Positions 8,533 through 17,055 of a DNA stretch of 32,000 nt are shown in pieces. The translations under genes were made by a program, and so were the position numbers. This stretch comes from an archaeon (GTDB lineage: Archaea > Iainarchaeota > Iainarchaeia > Iainarchaeales > CSSED10-239). How positions within the stretch are numbered: the first letter of the stretch is position 1; each line of letters opens with the position of its first letter. The notes below the pieces were generated by a model. The model had not been told where the DNA came from. It was given only the letters and a program-made list of their open reading frames with translations, and did no database searches. Location: the NCBI GenBank assembly GCA_035400625.1, contig DAOMZT010000001.1, forward strand, positions 350,004-382,003, written 5' to 3'.

Positions 8533-9765
8533 ATGAATATTAAAAAAATTAAGGCGATAAGAATAATTGATTCTAGGGGTGTGCCAACAATTAGAACTTT
8601 TGTGTTTACTGATAATGCTGTTGGCGTTGCAAGTGTTCCGTCAGGAACCAGCAGTGGCAAAAGAGAAGCCTTAGAGTTAAGAGATGGTGGCAAGGCTTTT
8701 GGTGGAAAAGACGTAACAAAAGCCATCAATAATGTTAATTCAAAGATTTCAAAAAAATTAATTGGCGAGTTTATTCTTGACCAGAAAAGAATAGATGAAT
8801 TAATGTTAGAACTTGACAATACAGAAAATAAATCAAATCTTGGGGCAAATGCTATTCTTTCTGTAAGTCTTGCTTGTGCAAAGGCTGCATCTTTAGAGCT
8901 TGATGTTCCATTACACAATTACATTTCTAAACTAAATTACAAAAAAGGAAAAAACAAAATGCCAATTCCTTTTTTAAACATAATAAATGGCGGTGCACAT
9001 GCTGGAACTGAGCTAGCTTTTCAAGAGTTCCAAATAGTTCCACATAAAAAAACTTTTTCTGAGAATATAAGAGTTTCTTGCGAAATCTACCATACACTAA
9101 AAGACATAATTTCAAGAAAATATGGTGCTGGTTCAACAAATGTAGGTTTAGAAGGGGGGTTTGCACCAAATATCAATGATCCTAAAGATGCCTTAGATCT
9201 TATGGAAGATGCAATTATAAAAGCAGGCAATAAAAAAGAAATAACTATTGGCCTTGATGTTGCTGCTAGTGAAATCTATAATAATAAAAAATATCTTGTA
9301 AATTCTAAAAAATATTCTTCAGAAGAAATGATGGATTATTATTCTTCTCTTCTTAAATCTTATAACATTACATCAATAGAAGACCCGTTGTCAGAAGATG
9401 ATAAATTATCTTGGCCAATCTTTACAAAAAAGTTTGGAAATAAGATTGCAGTAATTGGAGATGATCTTTTAGTAACAAACCCAAAATTGATAAAAGAAGC
9501 AATAAAAAAGAAACAATGTAACTCTCTTCTTTTAAAGGTAAACCAGATTGGAACATTAACAGAAAGTGTTGAGGCCTTTAATTTGGCAAAAAAAGCTAAT
9601 TGGAAAGTTGTTGTTTCACACAGGTCAGGAGAGACAGAAGATAGTTTTATTGCTGACTTGTCTTATGGACTTGGTTCGGACTTTATTAAGTTTGGTTCTC
9701 CAGTAAGAAGTGAGAGAACAGCAAAATATAACAGGTTATTAGAAATTGAAGGGAATATCATGTAA
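8533..9765 (+). CDS. eno: Enolase (2-phosphoglycerate dehydratase)
   Basis: 410 aa, collinear with enolases: 'IIDSRGVPTIRT', 'SGTSSGKREALELRDG', 'LLKVNQIGTLTE', and the signature 'VSHRSGETEDSFIADL'. Confidence 0.95.
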   Translation: MNIKKIKAIRIIDSRGVPTIRTFVFTDNAVGVASVPSGTSSGKREALELRDGGKAFGGKDVTKAINNVNSKISKKLIGEFILDQKRIDELMLELDNTENKSNLGANAILSVSLACAKAASLELDVPLHNYISKLNYKKGKNKMPIPFLNIINGGAHAGTELAFQEFQIVPHKKTFSENIRVSCEIYHTLKDIISRKYGAGSTNVGLEGGFAPNINDPKDALDLMEDAIIKAGNKKEITIGLDVAASEIYNNKKYLVNSKKYSSEEMMDYYSSLLKSYNITSIEDPLSEDDKLSWPIFTKKFGNKIAVIGDDLLVTNPKLIKEAIKKKQCNSLLLKVNQIGTLTESVEAFNLAKKANWKVVVSHRSGETEDSFIADLSYGLGSDFIKFGSPVRSERTAKYNRLLEIEGNIM

Positions 9766-9858
9766 TTTGTTAAAGTTAAGAATTTACGAAACCTTTAAAA
9801 ACAATTATTATATAAACTTATTTATAATATATATATTAAATTAAAAAGTGATTTATTT

Positions 9859-10704
9859 ATGGCAAAAGATTTAGGAGACGATTTCGGTTCTGATTTTGAT
9901 ATGGGAGGATCTAAAAAAGTATTTGGTGGATCAAAGATCAAATGGGAGACTTTGTTACCAATAATTATAATCATTGTAGTTATTTTGTTAATTGTTTTTA
10001 GAACTAATATATTGGCTACAGGGTTAAATATCTTTGGTGCCAAGCAAGGTGCTAAGATTTTGATACTTGGAGCGCCATCTCCAGAGTTTAGGGCAATATT
10101 AACAGATCAAGAAAATAAAGATATTATCAAAGAAGCTAGATTTATGACTTTGGATAGTATTTCTCACAATCCTGAAGAAAGAATAAAAAATTATGATATA
10201 ATTATTCTAGATCAATCAATGCAAGCTGATAAGACAGTAACCAGAAGGACTGGCGAAGCAATAACTAATTATGTTAGAAAAGGTGGAAGGCTTATTGTTG
10301 TTTTAAATTCAGGAATTAAAAGACCTGATGATCCTTCAGTTCTTGGCTGGCAAGCAAACTTTGGTGGAATTGTCCCAGTAAATTGTTATAATTCTGGTGG
10401 GACACCATCATGTTTAAGTCAAAGAGATCTTCAAGGAACTTTATATGTAATAAAAGAAGATCATCCAGTTGTTAAAGGAATAACACAAGTTCCAGCTGTT
10501 GAGACATCAGGAAGTATAAGAACCCAAACATTTGATGTTTCAATAGATGGAACAGAGATTGCTTATTTAGAGGATTCTAGAACAAAGAAGACCTATACCG
10601 GAATTGTTGAAGAGCCATTATTAATGGGCAAAGTTATTTATTTCAATTTCAATCCAGCAATAAGCAAAGCAATCGTAATTAAAACAATACAATATATGAG
10701 TTAA
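9859..10704 (+). CDS. Hypothetical membrane-anchored protein
   Basis: 281 aa with an N-terminal TM 'LLPIIIIIVVILLIVF'. The ectodomain has 'YDIIILDQS...NYVRKGGRLIVV', loosely like a class I glutamine-amidotransferase-like (ThuA/DUF4159-type) fold. Function is unassigned. Confidence 0.55.
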   Translation: MAKDLGDDFGSDFDMGGSKKVFGGSKIKWETLLPIIIIIVVILLIVFRTNILATGLNIFGAKQGAKILILGAPSPEFRAILTDQENKDIIKEARFMTLDSISHNPEERIKNYDIIILDQSMQADKTVTRRTGEAITNYVRKGGRLIVVLNSGIKRPDDPSVLGWQANFGGIVPVNCYNSGGTPSCLSQRDLQGTLYVIKEDHPVVKGITQVPAVETSGSIRTQTFDVSIDGTEIAYLEDSRTKKTYTGIVEEPLLMGKVIYFNFNPAISKAIVIKTIQYMS

Positions 10705-10742
10705 GTAAAATAACTTAACTTTTCTTTTTTTATTTTTAAAAT

Positions 10743-10753
10743 ACATTTATAAA
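10743..10753 (+). promoter_or_regulatory. Candidate TATA box for the uL1-P0-P1 operon
   Basis: 'acatttataaa' lies about 70-80 nt upstream of the TTG start at 10824. The same 'catttataa' core recurs upstream of two other genes (12631, 14229). In AT-rich DNA such matches can arise by chance. Confidence 0.3.
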
Positions 10754-10823
10754 TTGTATTATTCATAAATTATATATTATATTTTCCCGTTAATACTGCT
10801 TTAAGGCAGGAGGTGCTAAGATT

Positions 10824-11495
10824 TTGGATAAAAGTATAACAGAAAAACATGTAATTGAAAAGGCATTAAACGAATTAATGTCTATTTCAAAACAAAGAAA
10901 CTTTGATGAAGCAATAGAAATGATTGTAACATTAAAGAACATAAATGTTAAAAACAAAGATCAAAGAATAGAATATTCAGTCAATCTGCCTCATCCTTAT
11001 TTAGATAATGTCAAATCTTTAGTTTTTGTAAAGGATAAAAACCTTGCTCTAGAACTAAAAGATGTTGTTGATAAAGTTATTATGGATGATGAAATTGCAA
11101 AGATTTCTAAGAAAGATGCAAAGAAAATGGCAGAGGAATATAAGGTTTTCTTGGCTGAAGGACCAGTTATGCTAACCGTTGGTAAGCACTTAGGACAGGT
11201 TCTTAGTCCTAGAGGAAAGATGCCTTTAGTTGCTCCACCAAATGTCAATGCAATAAAAACTTTAATTACTACGACAATTTCACAACAAAAAATTTCTAAT
11301 AAAAAAAGTAAATCATCTGTGGCTTTGCAAATAAAAATCGGGAAAAAGAGCCAAGGTGTTAAAGATTTAACAGATAATTTTTTAGTTGTAATTAAATCAT
11401 TGATTGATAGATTGCCTGCAGGTTTACAAAACCTAAATCACATCTATATCAAGTCAACAATGAGTAAAAGCATAAAAATGGGTGATGACGAATGA
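10824..11495 (+). CDS. rpl1: 50S ribosomal protein uL1
   Basis: 223 aa. It has a TTG start preceded by 'ggagg' (10809-10813). The layout is uL1-like ('NFDEAIEMIVTLKNIN', 'VFLAEGPVMLTVGKHLGQVLSPRGKMP'). It is first gene of the conserved archaeal L1-L10-L12 order. Confidence 0.9.
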   Translation: MDKSITEKHVIEKALNELMSISKQRNFDEAIEMIVTLKNINVKNKDQRIEYSVNLPHPYLDNVKSLVFVKDKNLALELKDVVDKVIMDDEIAKISKKDAKKMAEEYKVFLAEGPVMLTVGKHLGQVLSPRGKMPLVAPPNVNAIKTLITTTISQQKISNKKSKSSVALQIKIGKKSQGVKDLTDNFLVVIKSLIDRLPAGLQNLNHIYIKSTMSKSIKMGDDE

Positions 11496-12247
11496 ATCAC
11501 ACAAAAACTTGGAGACTTGCACAATATGATGAGATTAGTAAGTTAATTTCACAATTTAAAATTATTGGCATTGCAGATCTTAAAGACTTTCCATCTAATC
11601 TTTTACAAAAGGTTAAGAAAAATATTGATGATGCAACTTTTAAAGTAACATCAAAGAATGTTTTAAAGAAAGTTTTGGAAAGCAAAGGCCATAAAGATAT
11701 TGTTGAAAAATTACCAAATCAACCAATATTAATCTTAACAAATAAAAATGCTTTTGAATTGTATGGTGCAATAAAGAAAAGTAAAGCTCGTTCAAAAGCA
11801 AAGATTGGAATGATATCTCCAATTGATATTGTTGTTCCAGCAGGAGACACAGGTCTTCCACCAGGTCCAGCATTATCTGATTTGAAAAAGGTAGGTATCA
11901 AGGCCCAAGTAAGAGGTGCAACAATTTTTGTTCCTGATGATACCGTCATAGTTAAGGCTGGTGGTGTTATTAATGGCGATGTTGTTAGCACTTTGTCTAA
12001 GCTTGATATTAAGCCTGTTGAACTTATTCTAGATGTTGTTCTAGTTAAGGAAGACGGAATGATTTATTCCAAGGATGTGCTTGATATTGATGCGGATACT
12101 ATTATCTTGCAGATTGCAACAGCTGCTCGTCAAGCAGTAGGTCTTGGTGTTGAGATTGGTTACATCTGTAAAGATACAGTTGAGCCAATGATAGCAAAAG
12201 CAGAAAGAGAGGCTAAAGCACTTGATGCTTTAGTCAATAAAGCATAA
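11492..12247 (+). CDS. rplP0: Ribosomal stalk protein P0 (uL10), short form (251 aa)
   Basis: ATGA overlap with the uL1 stop. 'FPSNLLQKVKKNI', 'GDTGLPPGPALSDLKKVGIKAQV' and 'GATIFVPDDTVIVKAGGVI' are typical of archaeal P0. It ends at '...KAEREAKALDALVNKA' without the usual long C-terminal extension. Confidence 0.85.
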   Translation: MNHTKTWRLAQYDEISKLISQFKIIGIADLKDFPSNLLQKVKKNIDDATFKVTSKNVLKKVLESKGHKDIVEKLPNQPILILTNKNAFELYGAIKKSKARSKAKIGMISPIDIVVPAGDTGLPPGPALSDLKKVGIKAQVRGATIFVPDDTVIVKAGGVINGDVVSTLSKLDIKPVELILDVVLVKEDGMIYSKDVLDIDADTIILQIATAARQAVGLGVEIGYICKDTVEPMIAKAEREAKALDALVNKA

Positions 12248-12265
12248 TTAAATGAGGTGTGAAAT

Positions 12266-12556
12266 ATGGATTATATATATGCAGTTTTGTTATTACACAA
12301 AGCTAACAAAGAAATAAATGAGGCTAACATAAAATCAGTATTAACTTCAGCAGGAGTTTCAGCTGATGATGCAAAGATAAAAGGTCTTGTTGCAACATTA
12401 AAGGACATAAACATTGAAGATGCAATTGCAAAGGCATCAGTTGTAGCAGCAGCTCCAGCAGCAACAGCAACTAGCGAGACAAAGAAAGAAGTCAAAGAAG
12501 AGCATGTTGTTACTGAAGAAGCAGCAGCAGAAGGCCTTAGTGCATTATTTGGTTAA
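12266..12556 (+). CDS. rpl12: Ribosomal stalk protein P1 (archaeal L12)
   Basis: 96 aa: 'MDYIYAVLLLH', an Ala-rich hinge 'AAAPAATAT', an acidic stretch, and the conserved tail 'EGLSALFG'. Confidence 0.9.
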   Translation: MDYIYAVLLLHKANKEINEANIKSVLTSAGVSADDAKIKGLVATLKDINIEDAIAKASVVAAAPAATATSETKKEVKEEHVVTEEAAAEGLSALFG

Positions 12557-12570
12557 TTTTAACCAAATAT

Positions 12571-12587
12571 TTTCTTTTTCTTTTTTT
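12571..12587 (+). terminator. Oligo-T tract after rpl12 (archaeal intrinsic terminator candidate)
   Basis: 'tttctttttcttttttt' begins 15 nt after the rpl12 stop. Archaeal RNA polymerase terminates at oligo-T runs. Confidence 0.4.
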
Positions 12588-12630
12588 AAATTTCAAGAAA
12601 AACACATTTTATACTTTTTGATTAACAAAA

Positions 12631-12641
12631 CCATTTATAAA
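12631..12641 (+). promoter_or_regulatory. Candidate TATA box for the Hef helicase gene
   Basis: 'ccatttataaa' lies about 30-35 nt upstream of ATG 12669, which would give a leaderless or very short-leader mRNA. Confidence 0.3.
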
Positions 12642-12668
12642 CTATTTTTTTAATTTATATTATAGTTT

Positions 12669-14225
12669 ATGTCAGATTTTGTAGAACACAGATTTGTTAA
12701 GAAAGAAACAATTCAAAAAAGACTTTATCAAGAGCTTTTAACAGCACAAGCAATTAAGCAAAGCACTCTTGTTGTTGCCCCAACTGGTTTAGGTAAAACA
12801 ATCATTGCTGTTCTGTTGATTGCTTATACCTACAACCCAAAGAAATCAGTAATTCTCTTATCACCTACTAAGCCATTAATATCTCAACATAAAAAAAGCA
12901 TTATAAAATTCTTGGAGATTCCAGAAGATAAAATTATTCTTTTGACTGGCGAAACTTCCCAAGAGAAAAGAAAAGATTTCTATGATGGACAAGGCCTAAT
13001 TATTTGTGCAACACCCCAAACTATACAACATGACTTGGAAAAAAAACTTCTTGACCCCAAAAACTTTAATCTTATTATATTTGATGAGGCACATAGAGCA
13101 GTTGGCAATTACTCATATACTTTTATTTCTCAGTATTTTTCAGATGATGTTAAAAGATTAGGATTAACTGCCTCTCCTGGGGCTAGCAAAGCAAAGATTC
13201 AAGAGGTTGCAGACAACCTTGGCATTTCACATATAGAGATAAGAACAGAGCAAGACCTTGATGTTAAAGATTATGTTAACGATATTGAAGTTGATATAAA
13301 GTTTTTGGAGCTTGACCCTATCTCAAAAGAAATATCTAAAACCATTGATTCTTATATTTTGCAAAAGATAAATCTTTTGCGTAAGCTTGGCTGTCCAATA
13401 CCAACCAATTATTCCAAAAAACAAATAATTGCTATTCAAGCTGGTCTTTTTGAGAGAGTAAAGAAGGTAAAGAATAATACTGGTTTTATTGCAATTTCAA
13501 CAATCGCCTCTGTTCTTAAGTTTCTTCATGCCAAAGAACTAATTGAAACTCAGGGTTTTTTTGCAACAGAAACTTATCTTTTAAAATTAAAAACAGATAA
13601 TCTTGAAAAGAAATCAAAAGCACTATCTGCAATTATTAATTCATCTGAGTTTTTAGAGGTACTTAAGCTTCTTGAAAAAGCAAAGACAAAGAGATGTGCT
13701 AAAGAAACGGCTCTTCTAGAAATGGTTTCAAGCTTTCTGAAGGAAAACCCAAACTCGCGAATTCTTGTTTTTAACAACTATAGGGATAATGCAAACCATC
13801 TTGTAGAGGTGCTTAATCAAACAAGTGGTATAAAAAGCTCACGATTTGTTGGACAGGCAACCAAAAGCCTCTCCGATAAAGGATTATCTCAAAAAGATCA
13901 ATCAAAAATCATTTCTGATTTTCGTGAAGGCATCTATAATGTTTTGGTGTGTACTTCTGTTGGCGAAGAGGGTCTTGATATCCCATCAGTTGATTTAGTA
14001 GTATTTTACGACGCTGTTGCCTCTGAGATAAGAAATATCCAGAGGCGTGGAAGAACCGGCCGTTTTAATGTTGGCAAAGTTATATTGCTTCTTAACAAAG
14101 ACACCATTGACGAAAAATATTATTTTGTTTCCCAAAACAAAGAAAAGAAAATGAAATCAATTCTTAAAAATTTCTATAAGCCAGAAAGGAAAAAAAGGGT
14201 GCAAAAAAAGCTAAGTGATTATTAA
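12669..14225 (+). CDS. hef: Hef/FANCM/Mph1-type SF2 helicase (ERCC4-related helicase), helicase part only
   Basis: 518 aa. Motif I 'APTGLGKT', motif II 'FDEAHRAVGNYSY' (DEAH), 'LTASPG', 'VLVCTSVGEEGLDIP', and motif VI 'QRRGRTGR'. An inserted helical domain lies between the two RecA lobes, as in Hef. There is no nuclease domain on this polypeptide. Confidence 0.85.
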   Translation: MSDFVEHRFVKKETIQKRLYQELLTAQAIKQSTLVVAPTGLGKTIIAVLLIAYTYNPKKSVILLSPTKPLISQHKKSIIKFLEIPEDKIILLTGETSQEKRKDFYDGQGLIICATPQTIQHDLEKKLLDPKNFNLIIFDEAHRAVGNYSYTFISQYFSDDVKRLGLTASPGASKAKIQEVADNLGISHIEIRTEQDLDVKDYVNDIEVDIKFLELDPISKEISKTIDSYILQKINLLRKLGCPIPTNYSKKQIIAIQAGLFERVKKVKNNTGFIAISTIASVLKFLHAKELIETQGFFATETYLLKLKTDNLEKKSKALSAIINSSEFLEVLKLLEKAKTKRCAKETALLEMVSSFLKENPNSRILVFNNYRDNANHLVEVLNQTSGIKSSRFVGQATKSLSDKGLSQKDQSKIISDFREGIYNVLVCTSVGEEGLDIPSVDLVVFYDAVASEIRNIQRRGRTGRFNVGKVILLLNKDTIDEKYYFVSQNKEKKMKSILKNFYKPERKKRVQKKLSDY

Positions 14226-14227
14226 AT

Positions 14228-14238
14228 CCATTTATAAG
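14228..14238 (+). promoter_or_regulatory. Candidate TATA box for the toxin-antitoxin pair
   Basis: 'ccatttataag' starts 3 nt after the helicase stop. 'aggtgagg' (14277-14284) precedes ATG 14287. Confidence 0.3.
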
Positions 14239-14286
14239 CTTAACTTATCTGGTATTATTTAACATAAGTTTAAATAAGGTGAGGAA

Positions 14287-14556
14287 ATGTTAGAAAAAAC
14301 AGTAAATGTAAATCTCAAAATATCTGACTATTCTAATAGAGTGTTAGGAGTAGTAAAAGAGAAATATGGCTTTAAGGACAAATCTCAGGCTCTCGATAAA
14401 ATAATGGATATGTATGGGGAAGAGTTTGTAGAAAAAGAGGTTAGAGAAGATGTTATTTTAGAAGTGATTGCAGAAGTTGAAAAAATGAAAATGCAAAAAC
14501 AAAAGCCAATGTCTAAAAGTGAATTAAATAAGTTTTTTGAAAATGCTAAAAAGTAA
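14287..14556 (+). CDS. Putative type II antitoxin (DUF2683-like)
   Basis: 89 aa. 'NLKISDYSNRVLGVVKEKYGFKDKSQALDKIMDMY' resembles the archaeal DUF2683 antitoxin pattern (N..l..vK.KYg.kDKS.A). It ends 9 nt before a RelE-like ORF. Confidence 0.5.
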   Translation: MLEKTVNVNLKISDYSNRVLGVVKEKYGFKDKSQALDKIMDMYGEEFVEKEVREDVILEVIAEVEKMKMQKQKPMSKSELNKFFENAKK

Positions 14557-14565
14557 TGTGGTAAA

Positions 14566-14844
14566 ATGACATTTGCTTCTAATCTATCTAATGAATTAAA
14601 AGAAACAATTAAGAAATTGTATTCTAAAGACAAAAAACTTTTTTTAGAATTACAAAAAAAGATAAATCTAATTATCTCTTGTGATAAAGAAACTATCAAT
14701 CATTATAAAAATTTAAGATACGGTCTTTCAGATTACAAAAGAGTGCATGTTGGAAAATCTATTGTTCTTTTATTTTCAGTAGATGTGCAGAATAATACAG
14801 TCTATTTTGTAAAATTTGATCATCACGATAAAATTTATAAGTGA
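14566..14844 (+). CDS. RelE/ParE-superfamily toxin
   Basis: 92 aa. 'YKNLRYGLSDYKRVHVGKSIVLLFSVDVQNNTVYFVKFDHHDKIYK' follows the RelE/ParE C-terminal pattern (l.g....yR.rvG.yr.iy.vd.....v....hr...Y). The size and pairing with a small upstream ORF fit a type II TA module. Confidence 0.6.
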   Translation: MTFASNLSNELKETIKKLYSKDKKLFLELQKKINLIISCDKETINHYKNLRYGLSDYKRVHVGKSIVLLFSVDVQNNTVYFVKFDHHDKIYK

Positions 14845-14850
14845 TTATTA

Positions 14851-15519
14851 ATGACTCAAAAAATAAAAATTATTTGTGACACTCGTGAAAGAGTTAGTCA
14901 AATTTATCAAGAGCTAAAAGCTCTAACAAACGATTCCTTTGAAGTAGAGGTTGTTGTAGAACAGTTATCTCTTGGCGACTACCAGCTAAGCGATCAGGTC
15001 TTGATTGAAAGAAAAACAATAGCTGATCTTGAAAGTTCAATTATTGATGGCAGGATTTTCTCACAGCTTGATAATCTTTCAAGCAAGGTAAATAAGCCAG
15101 GCCTAATTATTGAAGGGGTTATTAATTTTTCAGAAAGTAACACTCGAATCAACAACAAGTCCTTGATTGGCCTTATCACTGCAATTGGTCTTAACTATCG
15201 TGTCCCGATCTTTTTTACAAGGAACCAAAAAGAAACCGCTCTTTTTCTTTATGTGATTGCAAAGCGTGAGCAGTTTGGTGTCAAGACAGAAATCAAACAT
15301 CGCTTCAGCAAGAGCAGGATGTCCTTTTCTGATCAGCAATTATTTATCTTGGAGTCTTTTCCAGATATTGGCCCAACACTTGCTAAAGCTCTTCTTAAAA
15401 AATTTAAAAATATCAGAAACATCGCCAATGCTACAGTTAAGGAGCTTCAAGAAGTGGAGCAGATGGGTCCAAAGAAAGCAGAAAAGATGCATTATCTTTT
15501 CTTAAGAGATTTTATTTAG
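14851..15519 (+). CDS. XPF/ERCC4-type structure-specific nuclease with C-terminal (HhH)2 domain (Hef nuclease part)
   Basis: 222 aa. It has the ERCC4 motif 'IICDTRE...LSLGDYQLSDQVLIERKTIADLESSIIDGRIFSQ' (GDxn-ERKx3D). The helix-hairpin-helix pair is 'FPDIGPTLAKALLKKF...VKELQEVEQMGPKKAEKM'. It starts 6 nt after the toxin stop. Confidence 0.85.
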   Translation: MTQKIKIICDTRERVSQIYQELKALTNDSFEVEVVVEQLSLGDYQLSDQVLIERKTIADLESSIIDGRIFSQLDNLSSKVNKPGLIIEGVINFSESNTRINNKSLIGLITAIGLNYRVPIFFTRNQKETALFLYVIAKREQFGVKTEIKHRFSKSRMSFSDQQLFILESFPDIGPTLAKALLKKFKNIRNIANATVKELQEVEQMGPKKAEKMHYLFLRDFI

Positions 15520-15575
15520 TTTTTGCTATACTTATTTAAATAATTGCAATTATATGATTTTTGAGGTTTTCATAC

Positions 15576-16157
15576 ATGAATAAAATGAAATCAATAATGT
15601 TAATATCTTGTTTTATATTATTTATTATCGCTCCTGTTTATGCATCAGCAATGCGTGGTGAAGCAATAAATAATCAAACTAAAGAGTGTGCCACTTATTT
15701 TCAAGGTGATGAATGCATGGACTGTGCGTTATCAGATCCCTGGATTGAACGAAAACACGGAGAACCTTGCCCAGAAGGATACAGAGAAATTAAAGATATG
15801 CAAGCACCTTCTATTTGTACGCCTATTCAAAATCAGTTTTGCTGTGAGGAATATCATTCTGGGGCAAGTGGCAATTGTACAAATCTTGTTATAAACAATA
15901 TTACAAAAGAATGTGCATTTGTTTTGGACATTAATAGTTGTGAGAAATTGCCAAAAAATTGGTTGCCAGTAGCATCTACTGAATATAAAAATTGTCCAAT
16001 AAGTTTAGAATATAAATGGTTAGATGATGTGTTAGTGTGTGATACCAAATCTACAAATTACAATAAATTCTATATGTTTGTTGTGATTGCAATTATAATA
16101 ATCTTAATAATGGGAGTTTGTCTTAAAAAATATAAAAAGGTTTTATGTCGTCAATAA
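15576..16157 (+). CDS. Cys-rich secreted protein with C-terminal TM anchor
   Basis: ATG 15576 is preferred over TTG 15561. It has a signal peptide 'MNKMKSIMLISCFILFIIAPVYASA', an ectodomain with 15 Cys by my count, a C-terminal TM 'FYMFVVIAIIIILIMGV', and a basic tail 'KKYKK'. Confidence 0.6.
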   Translation: MNKMKSIMLISCFILFIIAPVYASAMRGEAINNQTKECATYFQGDECMDCALSDPWIERKHGEPCPEGYREIKDMQAPSICTPIQNQFCCEEYHSGASGNCTNLVINNITKECAFVLDINSCEKLPKNWLPVASTEYKNCPISLEYKWLDDVLVCDTKSTNYNKFYMFVVIAIIIILIMGVCLKKYKKVLCRQ

Positions 16158-16202
16158 GCAAATAAGATTTTATCTTTTCTTAAGAGATTTTACTTAGTTT
16201 TT

Positions 16203-16556
16203 TTAAATGCAATTTTTAATCTTTAAAAAGGTTATTTCTGGCTTATATGTTTTTTTTTGTTTTCCTGTCCTTTGTAATGGTGTTCCTTTTATTTGAACTT
16301 TTCCTCTTGCTGCCATGATGTTATACTCTAAAATAAGATCTCTAAGATGTTTTTTTGCTTTGCTCATTTCTTTTGTAGTGATTTGATATTTGTTTTCTAA
16401 TTTTTCTAGTTTTTTTACAAGTTCAAATTGTCTTTCAATGTTAAGTATTCTATCTATATTAGTTTGTTTTCTTATTAGCCTTTTGGTTACATCTTTTGTC
16501 TGTTTTCTTGCAATTCCGCTTTTACCAATTCTTCTTTTTACATTATATTTAGGCAT
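16203..16556 (-). CDS. Hypothetical highly basic protein
   Basis: 117 aa, Lys/Arg-rich ('MPKYNVKRRIGKSGIARKQTK...'), with a coiled-coil-like middle. The opposite-strand ORF 16390-16584 is a hydrophobic shadow. No family recognised. Confidence 0.5.
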   Translation of the reverse strand: MPKYNVKRRIGKSGIARKQTKDVTKRLIRKQTNIDRILNIERQFELVKKLEKLENKYQITTKEMSKAKKHLRDLILEYNIMAARGKVQIKGTPLQRTGKQKKTYKPEITFLKIKNCI

Positions 16557-16659
16557 ATATTTCTTGTTAGTATGTTCTTTTTAAATAGTTTTCTATATCA
16601 TTAATATATAAGACATATATTTATAATATATTTCTAATTATTAAAAATGTGAATAAAAT

Positions 16660-17055
16660 ATGGTTGAATGGAAAAGAGTATCAAGAAGAAAAGCAACAGG
16701 CGGAGTAAATAATGCTGTTAATGCTAAAACAAAATCCTTAAGTGATAAGGGCGGTAAATTCTCAAAGACAACAATTGCAAAAGCAGATAAGAGATTCAAG
16801 ACCAGAGCTGTTGGTGGCAATAAAAAAACAAAGATTTCTCATGCTCAGTATGTCTTGGTTTCTGAAGGTAACAAGACAATAAAAGCAAAAGTTATAGATG
16901 TTACAGAGAATCCAGCAAACAAGCACTTTGTAAGACAAAAGATAATCACAAAAGGTGCAATCCTTAAAGTAGATGTAGATGGCAAAGATGCAAAAGTAAA
17001 AGTAACATCAAGACCTGGTCAATCAGGCCAAGTAACTGGTGTTTTTGTTAAATGA
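16660..17055 (+). CDS. rps8e: 30S ribosomal protein eS8
   Basis: 131 aa. The N-terminus 'WKRVSRRKATGG' and the C-terminal 'GQVTGV' region fit archaeal S8e, as does the size. Confidence 0.85.
   Translation: MVEWKRVSRRKATGGVNNAVNAKTKSLSDKGGKFSKTTIAKADKRFKTRAVGGNKKTKISHAQYVLVSEGNKTIKAKVIDVTENPANKHFVRQKIITKGAILKVDVDGKDAKVKVTSRPGQSGQVTGVFVK

Noticed and set aside
10780-10823. A possible uL1 autoregulatory mRNA structure in the leader of the L1 operon ('cccgttaatactgctttaaggcaggagg').
   Set aside because: In methanogens the L1 operator mimics the 23S rRNA L1-binding site. I could not fold a convincing helix-loop with the required conserved nucleotides by eye, so the claim would be unsupported.
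12400-12500. An Ala-codon-rich 'gcagcagc' run in rpl12, considered as an unusual repeat.
   Set aside because: It is the normal Ala-rich flexible hinge of archaeal P1/L12 proteins.
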